DNA of 64,000 nt from an uncultured Thermoplasmata archaeon (GTDB taxonomy: Archaea > Thermoplasmatota > Thermoplasmata > Lutacidiplasmatales > UBA184), in the NCBI GenBank assembly GCA_963719635.1, contig CAVRCS010000005.1:72455-136454 (forward strand). The letters run 5' to 3'. A model generated the notes under the pieces. That model did no database searches, had not been told where the DNA came from, and worked only from the letters and a program-made list of their open reading frames with translations. The translations under genes were made by a program, and so were the position numbers. Positions 26,433 through 35,162 of the stretch are shown here, one piece after another. The stretch's first letter is position 1, and every line of letters begins with the position of its first letter.

Positions 26433-27355
26433 AGGGCAGTGGCAATGCGAACGGGGGAACGCCTCCCAAGGGAGGCGGCCATCATGAGAGATTCTCGGTG
26501 GTGGAGGTCAACGTAGCCCGCCCTCCACACAGATTCCGGGCTTACTCATTTGAACCGAAGCATCTAGCATGTTGTCGCCAAGTCTCGGAAGGCTGCCTCA
26601 GGGCGTGGCAGCTGACTGCCGAGGCCTACGTTCAGCGGATCCCCGAAACCGGGTTCAGAAGTGGCTCGCTCTCAGCATACTTGAACGCTTTCGGCCGCTC
26701 GAAAGTCCCGCCAATGCCCACCCCTGGTAACATCACCAAGTATCCGCCCTTCACGGATCTGTCTGAAGTTCTGGGTATCGAGCTTCTAACCGAGGTAGAA
26801 CCAGACATAGTGATTCCAGTTCCGCGAGTAGCACACAAGGAATCGCCCCCGCTCCAACATCACGGCATTGACGTCATCGGGTTCCGGCAAATCTCGGCTC
26901 AAGACTATGCGCTTTACGTGATAGAAGTGATGGCCTCGGAAGAGGATATCCATCCCCCCTCGACCGTCCGTGATCATAAGAAACAGCTCTACGAAGAGAC
27001 GCTCAACCAGGGCTCACTCGAGCGACTTCGCCAGGATCTTGGCTTTGTCCATGCCGAATGCGAGGAGAAGTTCAAGCCGGTGCTGAACGGCTTTATTGCA
27101 CTCCTAATCCGGGACCGTAGCCAGCTCTCCCAAGGTGCGGTCGCAACCGCCGTATTGGTTCGCCCGTCGGGAATGTTCGATCGCAAGGATTGGAGTCCCT
27201 TCCTTGATTCCGCGGAGGATTTCGAGTCAGCAGTCGTTAATTCTCATATTCTGTTTCTGGCACTTCGATGCGAAACAGACTTCACCGAACTGTTTCGGCT
27301 AGTTCGAGCTAGCCTTGACGGAAGTCCTCCCACTGCAGCCGCAGGGACGCCATGA
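26429..27355 (+). CDS. hypothetical protein with restriction-endonuclease-like core (possible HamA/DUF1837-like effector)
   Basis: 308 aa. Central FTDLSEVLGIELLTE ... HGIDVIGFRQ ... ALYVIEVMASEE resembles an E / hD / ExK PD-(D/E)xK arrangement, but with Met where Lys is expected. Sits directly upstream of a Ski2-like helicase as in Hachiman. Confidence 0.6.
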   Translation: MKGSGNANGGTPPKGGGHHERFSVVEVNVARPPHRFRAYSFEPKHLACCRQVSEGCLRAWQLTAEAYVQRIPETGFRSGSLSAYLNAFGRSKVPPMPTPGNITKYPPFTDLSEVLGIELLTEVEPDIVIPVPRVAHKESPPLQHHGIDVIGFRQISAQDYALYVIEVMASEEDIHPPSTVRDHKKQLYEETLNQGSLERLRQDLGFVHAECEEKFKPVLNGFIALLIRDRSQLSQGAVATAVLVRPSGMFDRKDWSPFLDSAEDFESAVVNSHILFLALRCETDFTELFRLVRASLDGSPPTAAAGTP

Positions 27356-27669
27356 AGATCTCCCTTGATGCGGGGGAGCAGGTACGGTCTCTCAGAGATT
27401 CTACTGAGGAACAGGTCGGGTACGCTAAGGAGGTCACGTTTAGGCGCTACTTTGCGGAGCTCTTCCATACGCAAGAGCCCGATGTTACGAACTTGAGAGC
27501 ACGGAGTCAAGAACTACTGTTTGGTTTGGAGACCGTCGGATTCGATCTGAACAAGCGACTGGCTCTGGGTGAAACCACTCTCGTAGAGGCTCTTCCATGG
27601 CAGCTCCTGTTGTGGCCCGCCTTCCGGGTTCGGCGTGCCCTGCTGAGGAACGGAGCGAGTACCTCTTGA
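27352..27669 (+). CDS. small hypothetical protein (or frameshifted N-terminal part of the helicase)
   Basis: ATG overlaps the upstream TGA (ATGA 27352-27355). The first ~80 aa are protein-like; the W/R-rich tail looks out of frame. The helicase frame is already open from 27647. Confidence 0.4.
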   Translation: MKISLDAGEQVRSLRDSTEEQVGYAKEVTFRRYFAELFHTQEPDVTNLRARSQELLFGLETVGFDLNKRLALGETTLVEALPWQLLLWPAFRVRRALLRNGASTS

Positions 27670-27733
27670 GGACCGTCTCGAAGAGCTCTACCTCGAGGCC
27701 CTCGATGGTATCGTAGCCCATCGACTTCCAGAA

Positions 27734-30568
27734 TTGAAGTTTCAACTGGAATCGCTGCCGCTCGAAAGACCCTTGAATGATCAGAGGTGGGGTCAAACAC
27801 TCCAACTGGAAGCGCGTCGCGCCCTCCTGCTCCTCGTCCGAAGGAGGAGAAAGGGTGGACTAACCGACATCGAGGCGGTGGGAACCCTCCTTAAGGGGCT
27901 GCGCGAGGCACAACTGGATGGAGAAAGCAAGATCGCTCTAATCGAAGACCCTTGGAAGAGGAGGGCGGAAGCGGGAAAGGCCCTCGGCTTCTACTACGTA
28001 GTGCGAGCGATAGAGCTCACGGGCCAATTCCTAAGCGGCGAGACGGTAAAAGCAGAGAATCGCCCCCTCTCCACTCTTGGAACCAAGACAGAGATCGACC
28101 GTCTGATCTCGGCCGCGAGGGAATTGCTCAGGGGGGCGGATACTAAGTCTCTTCTCGAGATGCCCCGACTGAATCAAGCCCTGAATTCCCTGATTGATGC
28201 CAGCGTCTATGCGCCAGCTCTTCCGCGACCAGTTCGAGACTTTGTAGGTAGCCTCGCCTCGCGTCCAGATAATCCAGTGAGTGAGTTCTGGTACGCACAA
28301 AAGAAAGCCATCGATTCCCAGCTCCTTGACCTAACCCGCACTGCGGTTGTCGTAAGCTTGCCAACAAGTGCGGGGAAGACTCTGCTTGCAGAACTGGCGA
28401 TCATACAAGCTCACACCGACGAGCCTGCGAAGAAGATCGTCTACATTGCTCCCACTCGGGCATTGGTTACCCAGATAGCCCTTAGACTCCGGGCCGATCT
28501 CGGGCCGCGCCAGCTCATTATTCAGAGCACAACGTCCGGATTTGAACTAGATCCAGTGGAGAATGCGATCTTGACATCGCCTTACCACGTACTCGTCACC
28601 ACTCCTGAGAAGCTCGACCTCCTCGTTCGAACCGGGCACTCGGCAGTGGCTGAACTGTCGCTCGTGGTAGTCGATGAGGCACATAATATCGGTGACCGAG
28701 AGAGGGGAGCCAGGTTGGAACTCCTCCTCTCGACTCTCCGACGGGAGAAGGCGCGATGCCGCTTTCTTTTGCTCACTCCCTTTGCCAATAATGCTCCCGA
28801 CCTCGCTCGTTGGCTGGGAGGAGCTGAAGGGGTTCCCATCCTCTTGGACTGGAAACCTAACGATCGAGTCGTCGGCACAATCCGAGCAGGCAGGATGCTG
28901 AGACACTCAAGGGAACTCCTCTACACAACCCTTGAGTCTGCCCACAGTGACTGCCCTGGCGGCATCTCGATTCCGATAGGACAAACGTCAGATTTGGGCG
29001 TGATTTCCAAGAAGGCCATTTCATCGGTGGCAGCTCGATCGCTCGCGGCAGCCCTACAGGGGGGAGTGTTGGTTCTCGTATCAAGTCGAGATGACGCAGA
29101 ACAGCGCGCCAAGGAAATCGCGTCCAAGCTCGGTAGGGAAGTCAATGACCCTGACGTAGACTTAGTGTCTCGCTTTATCCTGACTGAGACTGGGGGAGAC
29201 CACCCGCTACCTCCGCTCCTTCGAAAGGGGGTCGCTTTTCACCACGCAGGACTCTCCCCTGAATGTCGATACCTTCTCGAACGCCTCATCGAGAATGATC
29301 GAGTCTCAGTTGTCTGTGCCACGACAACCTTGGCGCAAGGGGTCCACTTTCCTCTGTCCGCCGCGGTCATTGAGTCGCTGACTCGCCGGAGCTTTTCGCG
29401 CGCAGGGTGGATTAGCGAGGAGATTGATCCTCAAGAATTCTGGAATGTGGTTGGTCGAGTGGGCAGGGCACTCGAGTACAGTTTGGGTTCCGTCCTGTTT
29501 GTTGCTCGTAATGAAGAGGATTCGGAGAAGGCTCAGAAGTTTCTCCGAAGGGATGCGACGACCGTCGCAAGTTCTGTTGCTCAAATGATGGAGGCCATCT
29601 CTTCTCGCCCACCCTCGTTCAGCATCGGAATGCTCGAACGACACCGCCCTATGTCGGCCTTTTTGCAATACATCCTTCACGCTATTGCCGTTGGAAATGA
29701 AGGTGATATCAAGCCCGATTCGCTTGAGAGCTTGATTCGAAACAGCTTCGCGTTTCTTCAGGCAGAGCAAAGCGGGCAGGACGCAACCGACCGTTTGCTT
29801 GCTTGGGCCAGAGCCTATGTGGATGTCATTAAGCATCAGAAGGGGGACTCGCTGCAGGGCTACGCTGAGGTGGCGGATGGGACAGGCTTCTCGAGCCCTT
29901 CAGTAGATCAATTACTTCAGGAATGGACCCATGAGGCAAGAGTTGAGGATTGGACGGCGGAAAAGTTCTATCCGACCGTTGGAACTGAGAGCTCTACGCT
30001 GACTCGGGCAATAGATAGCCTGGGTCGGATTCCCGAGATTCATCTTGGATCCTACGAGGAGGGGAAGTTCGATCCTGCGCGTATCGCGAGAATCACGACG
30101 GGTTGGGTGAACGGTGTGTCCATTTGGGAATTGGCAAGACAAGAGTACAAAGGCGACGTGCTGGATTGCTACCGGCATATCTATTCCGCAGTAACAAGTC
30201 TCCTCCCATGGGGTCTTAGAGCGATCGAGCGGGTGGGTTTCTCCGGCAATCCAAAGGCGGACTGGGATAAACTTTCGATGCTACAGGCCATGGCACTTCA
30301 TGGAGTCCGCTCGCCGCACGCCGTCGGGCTTCGCCTGATTGGAGTGCCGCGATTCGTGGCCGAAAGACTCGGGGAGGCCGCGGCCACCTCGGGAATTGAG
30401 ACCTCCGATCTACGATCCTGGCTCGAGAGTTCGGATTCAAGTATCTGGGAACGCGCCCTCCCGAGCGACGCAAGAATCACGGCGGCCGAGTGCCGCCAGC
30501 TTTGGAAGCTGATGGACGGTACCATTGGGTGGGATGACTTGTTCGGCCGCCCGCGAGGCCAAATTTAG
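27734..30568 (+). CDS. Ski2/Hel308-like DEAH-box SF2 helicase (HamB-like)
   Basis: Motif I VSLPTSAGKTLLAE, motif II VVVDEAHNIG, VVCATTTLAQGVHFP, with ~210-aa N-terminal and ~330-aa C-terminal extensions. The listed start is a TTG with no clear RBS. Confidence 0.85.
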   Translation: MKFQLESLPLERPLNDQRWGQTLQLEARRALLLLVRRRRKGGLTDIEAVGTLLKGLREAQLDGESKIALIEDPWKRRAEAGKALGFYYVVRAIELTGQFLSGETVKAENRPLSTLGTKTEIDRLISAARELLRGADTKSLLEMPRLNQALNSLIDASVYAPALPRPVRDFVGSLASRPDNPVSEFWYAQKKAIDSQLLDLTRTAVVVSLPTSAGKTLLAELAIIQAHTDEPAKKIVYIAPTRALVTQIALRLRADLGPRQLIIQSTTSGFELDPVENAILTSPYHVLVTTPEKLDLLVRTGHSAVAELSLVVVDEAHNIGDRERGARLELLLSTLRREKARCRFLLLTPFANNAPDLARWLGGAEGVPILLDWKPNDRVVGTIRAGRMLRHSRELLYTTLESAHSDCPGGISIPIGQTSDLGVISKKAISSVAARSLAAALQGGVLVLVSSRDDAEQRAKEIASKLGREVNDPDVDLVSRFILTETGGDHPLPPLLRKGVAFHHAGLSPECRYLLERLIENDRVSVVCATTTLAQGVHFPLSAAVIESLTRRSFSRAGWISEEIDPQEFWNVVGRVGRALEYSLGSVLFVARNEEDSEKAQKFLRRDATTVASSVAQMMEAISSRPPSFSIGMLERHRPMSAFLQYILHAIAVGNEGDIKPDSLESLIRNSFAFLQAEQSGQDATDRLLAWARAYVDVIKHQKGDSLQGYAEVADGTGFSSPSVDQLLQEWTHEARVEDWTAEKFYPTVGTESSTLTRAIDSLGRIPEIHLGSYEEGKFDPARIARITTGWVNGVSIWELARQEYKGDVLDCYRHIYSAVTSLLPWGLRAIERVGFSGNPKADWDKLSMLQAMALHGVRSPHAVGLRLIGVPRFVAERLGEAAATSGIETSDLRSWLESSDSSIWERALPSDARITAAECRQLWKLMDGTIGWDDLFGRPRGQI

Positions 30569-30623
30569 GTTCGTCTCAAGGATGCACCCCGGCAATCTTC
30601 CCTAATCGATTCAGTCCCCGCAC

Positions 30624-30645
30624 CCGAGTCGAATAACTGACTCGG
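30624..30645. terminator. hairpin between convergent helicase and restriction genes
   Basis: CCGAGUC-GAAUAACU-GACUCGG (7-bp stem) lies midway in the 84-nt convergent gap. Confidence 0.35.
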
Positions 30646-30652
30646 TGTCCGC

Positions 30653-31387
30653 CTACTCTGCGGCATGGGGTGGAAGTCCCTTGTATCGCGCCGAGTACGC
30701 CGAGAACACCTGCTCGTGGAACCGCTCGATCCTCAGCGGGGAGTCGGGGGCCGGAATCTGAGGGCTGATCTGACCGTTGGCCGGATCCCAGATCACGAGC
30801 GAGATGGCTTCGGCCATGTATGCGAAGTTGTGAACGTTGACGCGACGGCCGAGTCGCTCTAAGGTCTCGATGGTCGCCTTGAGCTGACCCTCCTCGACGG
30901 TTGGGCTGGGGAACAGGATCATGAATCCTACCACGGCGTGAGGGAACCTCGAATGAACTGTGGTCGCCTCGGTTGAGATGTCGTTGACCATATTCTGCCA
31001 GTTCTTCCCGACACTCTCCTTGTCGTTCAACGACTTGCTGTCGAAGGCAAATCGAAGGCCGTCGGGCCGGTACCCGACGTCAAAGTTTTGGGGACGCACT
31101 CCACCGATCACGCGAACCGGACCTTGCTCGACAACATCCGGCTTCGCTGGGCTTAGGTGACTCGCCTTCGGCCTCACGATCTCCAAGCCCCCAAGCATCT
31201 CTGCGAGCGCGACCGCGACGGCCTTGTCGAAGAACTCGCAGAGGTTCATTGATGAGAACGGAGGCGACCGGCTCAATGAGCCGCCGTTCTCGGTCCACTT
31301 CGCGCCGAACTTGGCAAGCTCCGTCGGGTCAATTCGAACGGGGGGCATGGGGCGAAGCGGTGGCATATCCGTCGTCACCCTTCCCAA
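30653..31387 (-). CDS. type II restriction endonuclease candidate (PD-(D/E)xK)
   Basis: 244 aa, 15 nt downstream of the methyltransferase on the same strand. NFDVGYRPDGLRFAFDSKSLND fits D...(D/E)xK. Confidence 0.6.
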   Translation of the reverse strand: MGRVTTDMPPLRPMPPVRIDPTELAKFGAKWTENGGSLSRSPPFSSMNLCEFFDKAVAVALAEMLGGLEIVRPKASHLSPAKPDVVEQGPVRVIGGVRPQNFDVGYRPDGLRFAFDSKSLNDKESVGKNWQNMVNDISTEATTVHSRFPHAVVGFMILFPSPTVEEGQLKATIETLERLGRRVNVHNFAYMAEAISLVIWDPANGQISPQIPAPDSPLRIERFHEQVFSAYSARYKGLPPHAAE

Positions 31388-31402
31388 AGGGAAGACGCAA
31401 GA

Positions 31403-33043
31403 TCAATGACGAGAGTTTCTTCGGTCCCGGAGCTTGGCCCAGATCCCTCGAAGAGCTCGGGTATCCTCACGAGTGAGGCCCATGCCTTGACGGAGGAGGA
31501 CTTCATCGGTGGCATCGAGCACATCTTCGATTGAGCCGGCGATTATCTGCCTGTTCAAGGTCTTTGCGTCGAGTGAGGACGCCAGGGGAGGCAGAGGCAG
31601 ACTGGCCGCCTCGCGGGGTTCAAGTTCGAGAACGCCTCCGCCATAGCTGCGCCCCATCACCTCGGAGAATGCGAAAGTGAGGGAGTTGAGGAACACGGAG
31701 GCGAAATCCCGCCTGTTGGTGCCGTTGTGGAATCTGACCCGGTGAATGGTGTCCGTGCAGGTCGCCTCCGTGTCATTGACGACTACCTTGGGATAACGGC
31801 CGATTTGCCGGAGCATGAACGCGTCAGGGGTCCACACCGAGGGAACCACGTACCAAGGGTCCCGAATGCTGCACTTGTACCCCTTGTGCCACCCTTGTTT
31901 TTCAGCGTAAGCGATGTAGTCTTGGACCTCCCGGGGCAGCTTGTCGGTCGGGACGTCCGGGATGTCGAGTAGGTGAGATGGCCGGTTCTCCCTACGATTC
32001 GTCTCCCACTCCGTTTCCGAGAAGACGATCCCCCCGAGGTGAGGGGACCGCGAGACGACCGGAATTGTGAACCCATCGAGGGAACGCTCTCTCACTTCCT
32101 CCGCGTCCAGGATGAAGAAGTCGTTGAACCCCGTGACGATTCCAACCTCAACATCAGCGAAATCCTTGACCCGACGTAGCTCGGGATGATCCTTGACTCG
32201 TCGCAGTACCGCAACCTCCTCGGATGTGAGGAAGTATTGGGTCCACTTCTCCGTCGAGTGGTCCATCGGTTTCAAGTCGTCGTTGGAAAACTTCGGTTGT
32301 CGATACGATTGAAGTTGCTCGATCCCGTCGAGTTCCACGACCCGGATTCCGCTTCGTTCCTTCCCGTTCTTCTCGCCCAGAAGAAGGACGACCTCCTGTT
32401 GGACCGGAAAGACGAGATGCCGGAAGGTGACCAGGGTTAGGCGGCTGAATCGGCCGACGAGGAATCGACGCAGCTCGGCGGCATAACCTACTTGCAGAAG
32501 TTCGGCGGGGATGACCATGCCGAGTCGGCCTCCATCCCCCACTAGGAGGCTAGACCCTACGAGGAACGGAACCCATGCGTTAGTCAGCCGCGTTGGGTGA
32601 AGGCCGGCCGACTCCATGATTCCAAAGGCAACGGCTCGTTGGCGCTCTGGAAAATCTTGGTATCGGATGAATGGCGGATTACCGATCACGGAGTCGAAAG
32701 AGCCATGCTGGTTGAGCTGCTCGCGACAGAAATCAAAGAAATCTCCGACAATCACCTCGACGGCTGAGGTGTCGAATCCGGTTGACTGGATTCGGAGAGA
32801 AGCTGATTTCGCCTCCCCCTCATTCAACTCCACACCCACCACGCGCGTGGTGGCGGCCAACCCATGGCCGCCAAGTTCAATCAGAGTCCCTACGGCGCGG
32901 CCGAGAACTACGCCGTCTCCGCAGCTCGGTTCCAATACTCGCGCAGCCTTGTCCTGGATCGCCCATGTGGCGAGGAAATCCGCGATTGGTTCGGGAGTGT
33001 AGTACCCCCCGCGGAGCTTCTGCGGGCTTGTAGCGGGCTTCAC
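31403..33043 (-). CDS. N6-adenine DNA methyltransferase (Eco57I/TaqI-like gamma class) with C-terminal target-recognition domain
   Basis: GGYYTPEPIADFL, motif I VLEPSCGDGVVL, motif IV VIGNPPFIRYQD. Long C-terminal TRD. Confidence 0.85.
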   Translation of the reverse strand: MKPATSPQKLRGGYYTPEPIADFLATWAIQDKAARVLEPSCGDGVVLGRAVGTLIELGGHGLAATTRVVGVELNEGEAKSASLRIQSTGFDTSAVEVIVGDFFDFCREQLNQHGSFDSVIGNPPFIRYQDFPERQRAVAFGIMESAGLHPTRLTNAWVPFLVGSSLLVGDGGRLGMVIPAELLQVGYAAELRRFLVGRFSRLTLVTFRHLVFPVQQEVVLLLGEKNGKERSGIRVVELDGIEQLQSYRQPKFSNDDLKPMDHSTEKWTQYFLTSEEVAVLRRVKDHPELRRVKDFADVEVGIVTGFNDFFILDAEEVRERSLDGFTIPVVSRSPHLGGIVFSETEWETNRRENRPSHLLDIPDVPTDKLPREVQDYIAYAEKQGWHKGYKCSIRDPWYVVPSVWTPDAFMLRQIGRYPKVVVNDTEATCTDTIHRVRFHNGTNRRDFASVFLNSLTFAFSEVMGRSYGGGVLELEPREAASLPLPPLASSLDAKTLNRQIIAGSIEDVLDATDEVLLRQGMGLTREDTRALRGIWAKLRDRRNSRH

Positions 33044-33076
33044 GCTGTCGACCAGTAGGAGTTCAGAGAGTTGGCG

Positions 33077-33094
33077 GTTCGCGCGTGCGCGAAC
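33077..33094. promoter_or_regulatory. 8-bp-arm inverted repeat upstream of methyltransferase gene
   Basis: GTTCGCGC-GT-GCGCGAAC, 34-51 nt upstream of the M gene start. Confidence 0.3.
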
Positions 33095-33121
33095 GATGAA
33101 GGTTGGGCGTTTGGGGTAGGT

Positions 33122-33134
33122 GTCAACTGTTGAC
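33122..33134. promoter_or_regulatory. palindrome GTCAAC-T-GTTGAC between wHTH gene and methyltransferase gene
   Basis: Perfect 6-bp arms. The half-site resembles the GTCAAAC direct repeats upstream of the wHTH gene. Confidence 0.35.
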
Positions 33135-33169
33135 CCCCACCCCTACGTTTCCGTTGGAGGCCGAGCGCA

Positions 33170-33424
33170 TTAGGCGCCCTTTGTTCTCTTTCCGTTCCCG
33201 TTGTCGCCCTTCTTCACTCGGGGTATCCAGGAGTTTCCTACAAGTCGCTCGACAGTGATCTTCTCCTGAACTTCCAGGGCGATGAAAGCCCGGTCGATCT
33301 TGGCCCGGGAGCAGCCTATCTCCTTCGCCAACGTCGCGACGTTCCAGATCTTCTCGGCGTCCTTATTCAGGATCTCGAAGACCCGCTCTTCAACCTGGGT
33401 GTCCCGCACGGATTCTTGCATCAT
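33170..33424 (-). CDS. small wHTH protein (controller-protein-like position upstream of M and R genes)
   Basis: 84 aa. WNVATLAKEIGCSRAKIDRAFIALEVQEKITVERL is an HTH/wHTH pattern. Same strand and immediately upstream of the R-M genes. Confidence 0.55.
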   Translation of the reverse strand: MMQESVRDTQVEERVFEILNKDAEKIWNVATLAKEIGCSRAKIDRAFIALEVQEKITVERLVGNSWIPRVKKGDNGNGKRTKGA

Positions 33425-33460
33425 GGTTGCGTCACATCATTAACGATGCGATTGGCAAGA

Positions 33461-33484
33461 TGTCAAACAAATAGATAAGTCAAA
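33461..33484. promoter_or_regulatory. direct repeats GTCAAAC-N10-GTCAAAC upstream of wHTH gene
   Basis: Two exact 7-mers flank an AT-rich AAATAGATAA segment, 37-60 nt upstream of the wHTH start. Confidence 0.3.
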
Positions 33485-33581
33485 CGATGGATTAATCGAG
33501 TGAGCATGCCGTTAGAACACAACGCTAAAGACGCTTCGAAAGACGATTATCGAATACGACGCGACAGACTAGGTTCGAGGA

Positions 33582-33779
33582 CTACAGCGATGGAGCTGGC
33601 TCGGCGGTAACGACGACGCGCCCGCCCTTGAGGTCAAAGGACCAGATCAATGTCCCGCCGGCCTCGGCGTCAAGTATCTTGGCAACCGCCTCGGGGATGG
33701 TCGTTCGCAAGGAGCCCCGGCCGGCTACGGCTCGCTGGATCGCGGACTCGAAGGTTCCGGGCATGGACTCTCCGATCAC
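33582..33779 (-). CDS. AbrB/SpoVT-fold small protein (antitoxin-like)
   Basis: 65 aa. GSLRTTIPEAVAKILDAEAGGTLIWSFDLKGGRVVV matches the swapped-hairpin AbrB pattern. No toxin partner detected. Confidence 0.5.
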   Translation of the reverse strand: MIGESMPGTFESAIQRAVAGRGSLRTTIPEAVAKILDAEAGGTLIWSFDLKGGRVVVTAEPAPSL

Positions 33780-33897
33780 CTTGACCTCCGGGACCTTACA
33801 TAACTATGCCCTCTCGGTAGGTCCTTCGGGAGCCAACCGCTTTAAATATGTCCGAGAGTGTAGGCTTACTGTAGCCAACCGAAGGAGGAAGGCGCGG

Positions 33898-35145
33898 ATG
33901 ACCGAAGCTCTCGAACAGATGTCCGACTCCGACCGCTGGAGGTTCCTCGCGTGGACCGACCAGCGAACCCCGGCCCTCGCCATCGTCGCCCGGGGAGATC
34001 AGATCCGCCAGACCGGACCGGGCGCTTGGACTGTCGCCTCCCAGAGCCAACCGGGAACCTTCCACCATGTAGCACAGGTCGGGCCGAGGTGGAACTGCGA
34101 CTGCCCCTTCTTCCTCGCCACCTCGATGAACTGTATCCACGTCCTCTCCGTCCGGTTCCGCGAGGGGTTCCAGGAGTCGGCTCCGGCTCCGGTCCTTCCG
34201 AAAGTCGCCTGCGACAAGTGCCAGTCCGCCGACGTATTCTCCAAGGGCGTCCGCCACAACAAGAGCGGGGACCTCCAACGGTACTCCTGCCGAGCCTGCG
34301 GCCGGCGGTTCGTCGGGCGCGACGGGTTCCTCAAGCGCCGGGCCGACCCAAACAACATCGCCCGATCCCTCGAACTCTACTACCGGGGCATGTCGGTCCG
34401 CGACGTACAGGAGTACCTCGAACAGGTTGAGCGGCTCAAGGTCTCCCACATGACGGTCTACCGCTGGATCGTGACCTACTCCAAGCTCGCGGCCGAATGG
34501 ATGGACCGGCAGGGCGCCCGGACCTCCGGCGCCTGGCACATCGACGAGACTATCGTCAACATAGACGGCAAGAACGAGTACCTCTGGAACGTCCTCGACC
34601 ACGAGACCCGGTTCGCCCTCTCGACCCACATCTCCCACGACCGGAGCCTGCGGAACACCCGTATCCCCATCGCACGGGCCAAGGAGGCGACGCCGGACCG
34701 GCCCTCGGATGTTTTCACCGACGGGATGAACACGTACCCCGAGGCGATCTCCAAGGAACTCGGTCGGCGCTCGACTCCGTTCGATGATCCCAAGCAGCTC
34801 AAGGGACACGCCTCGTGGTTTACGCCGCACCGGCGTGTCCCCTCGATCCGAGCGAAGGTCTCGAACAACCGCATCGAGAGGTTCCACGGAACGGAGAAGC
34901 AGCGGTTCAAGGTCATGCGGGCTTTCGACGGCAAGCCCGGAGCCGAGGCCCTATCCGAGGGCCACCGGGTCCACTACAACCTCGTGCGGGAACACGAGGC
35001 CATCGGCATGACCCCCGGCGAGGCCGCCGGGATCCCAATGCCCGATGGGATGCGGTGGAGAACCATCATCAAGCGGGCCAGCAGGGCCCGCGCCCAAAAG
35101 GAGGGTGCTGACTCTGACGGCGCAGACTCCAATCCGGTTTCGTAG
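33898..35145 (+). CDS. IS6/IS240-like DDE transposase with N-terminal SWIM zinc finger and zinc ribbons
   Basis: WNCDCPFFLATSMNCIHV (SWIM CxCxnCxH), CDKC...CRAC, catalytic regions WHIDETIVNIDGKNEYLWNVLD, VFTDGMNTYPEAI and NNRIERFHGTEKQR. RBS GAAGGAGGAAGG before the ATG at 33898. Confidence 0.8.
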   Translation: MTEALEQMSDSDRWRFLAWTDQRTPALAIVARGDQIRQTGPGAWTVASQSQPGTFHHVAQVGPRWNCDCPFFLATSMNCIHVLSVRFREGFQESAPAPVLPKVACDKCQSADVFSKGVRHNKSGDLQRYSCRACGRRFVGRDGFLKRRADPNNIARSLELYYRGMSVRDVQEYLEQVERLKVSHMTVYRWIVTYSKLAAEWMDRQGARTSGAWHIDETIVNIDGKNEYLWNVLDHETRFALSTHISHDRSLRNTRIPIARAKEATPDRPSDVFTDGMNTYPEAISKELGRRSTPFDDPKQLKGHASWFTPHRRVPSIRAKVSNNRIERFHGTEKQRFKVMRAFDGKPGAEALSEGHRVHYNLVREHEAIGMTPGEAAGIPMPDGMRWRTIIKRASRARAQKEGADSDGADSNPVS

Positions 35146-35162
35146 TCGGCGACTCTTCGGTC

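Noticed and set aside
27244-27805. Minus-strand ORFs (27485..27805, 27507..27800, 27244..27510) in the gap before the helicase
   Set aside because: They are antisense to protein-like plus-strand frames, lack starts with an RBS and have no motifs. They are probably shadow ORFs.
33628-33897. N-terminal 90-aa extension of the IS6-like transposase ORF
   Set aside because: The extension is antisense to the AbrB-like gene and low-complexity. A strong RBS precedes the ATG at 33898.
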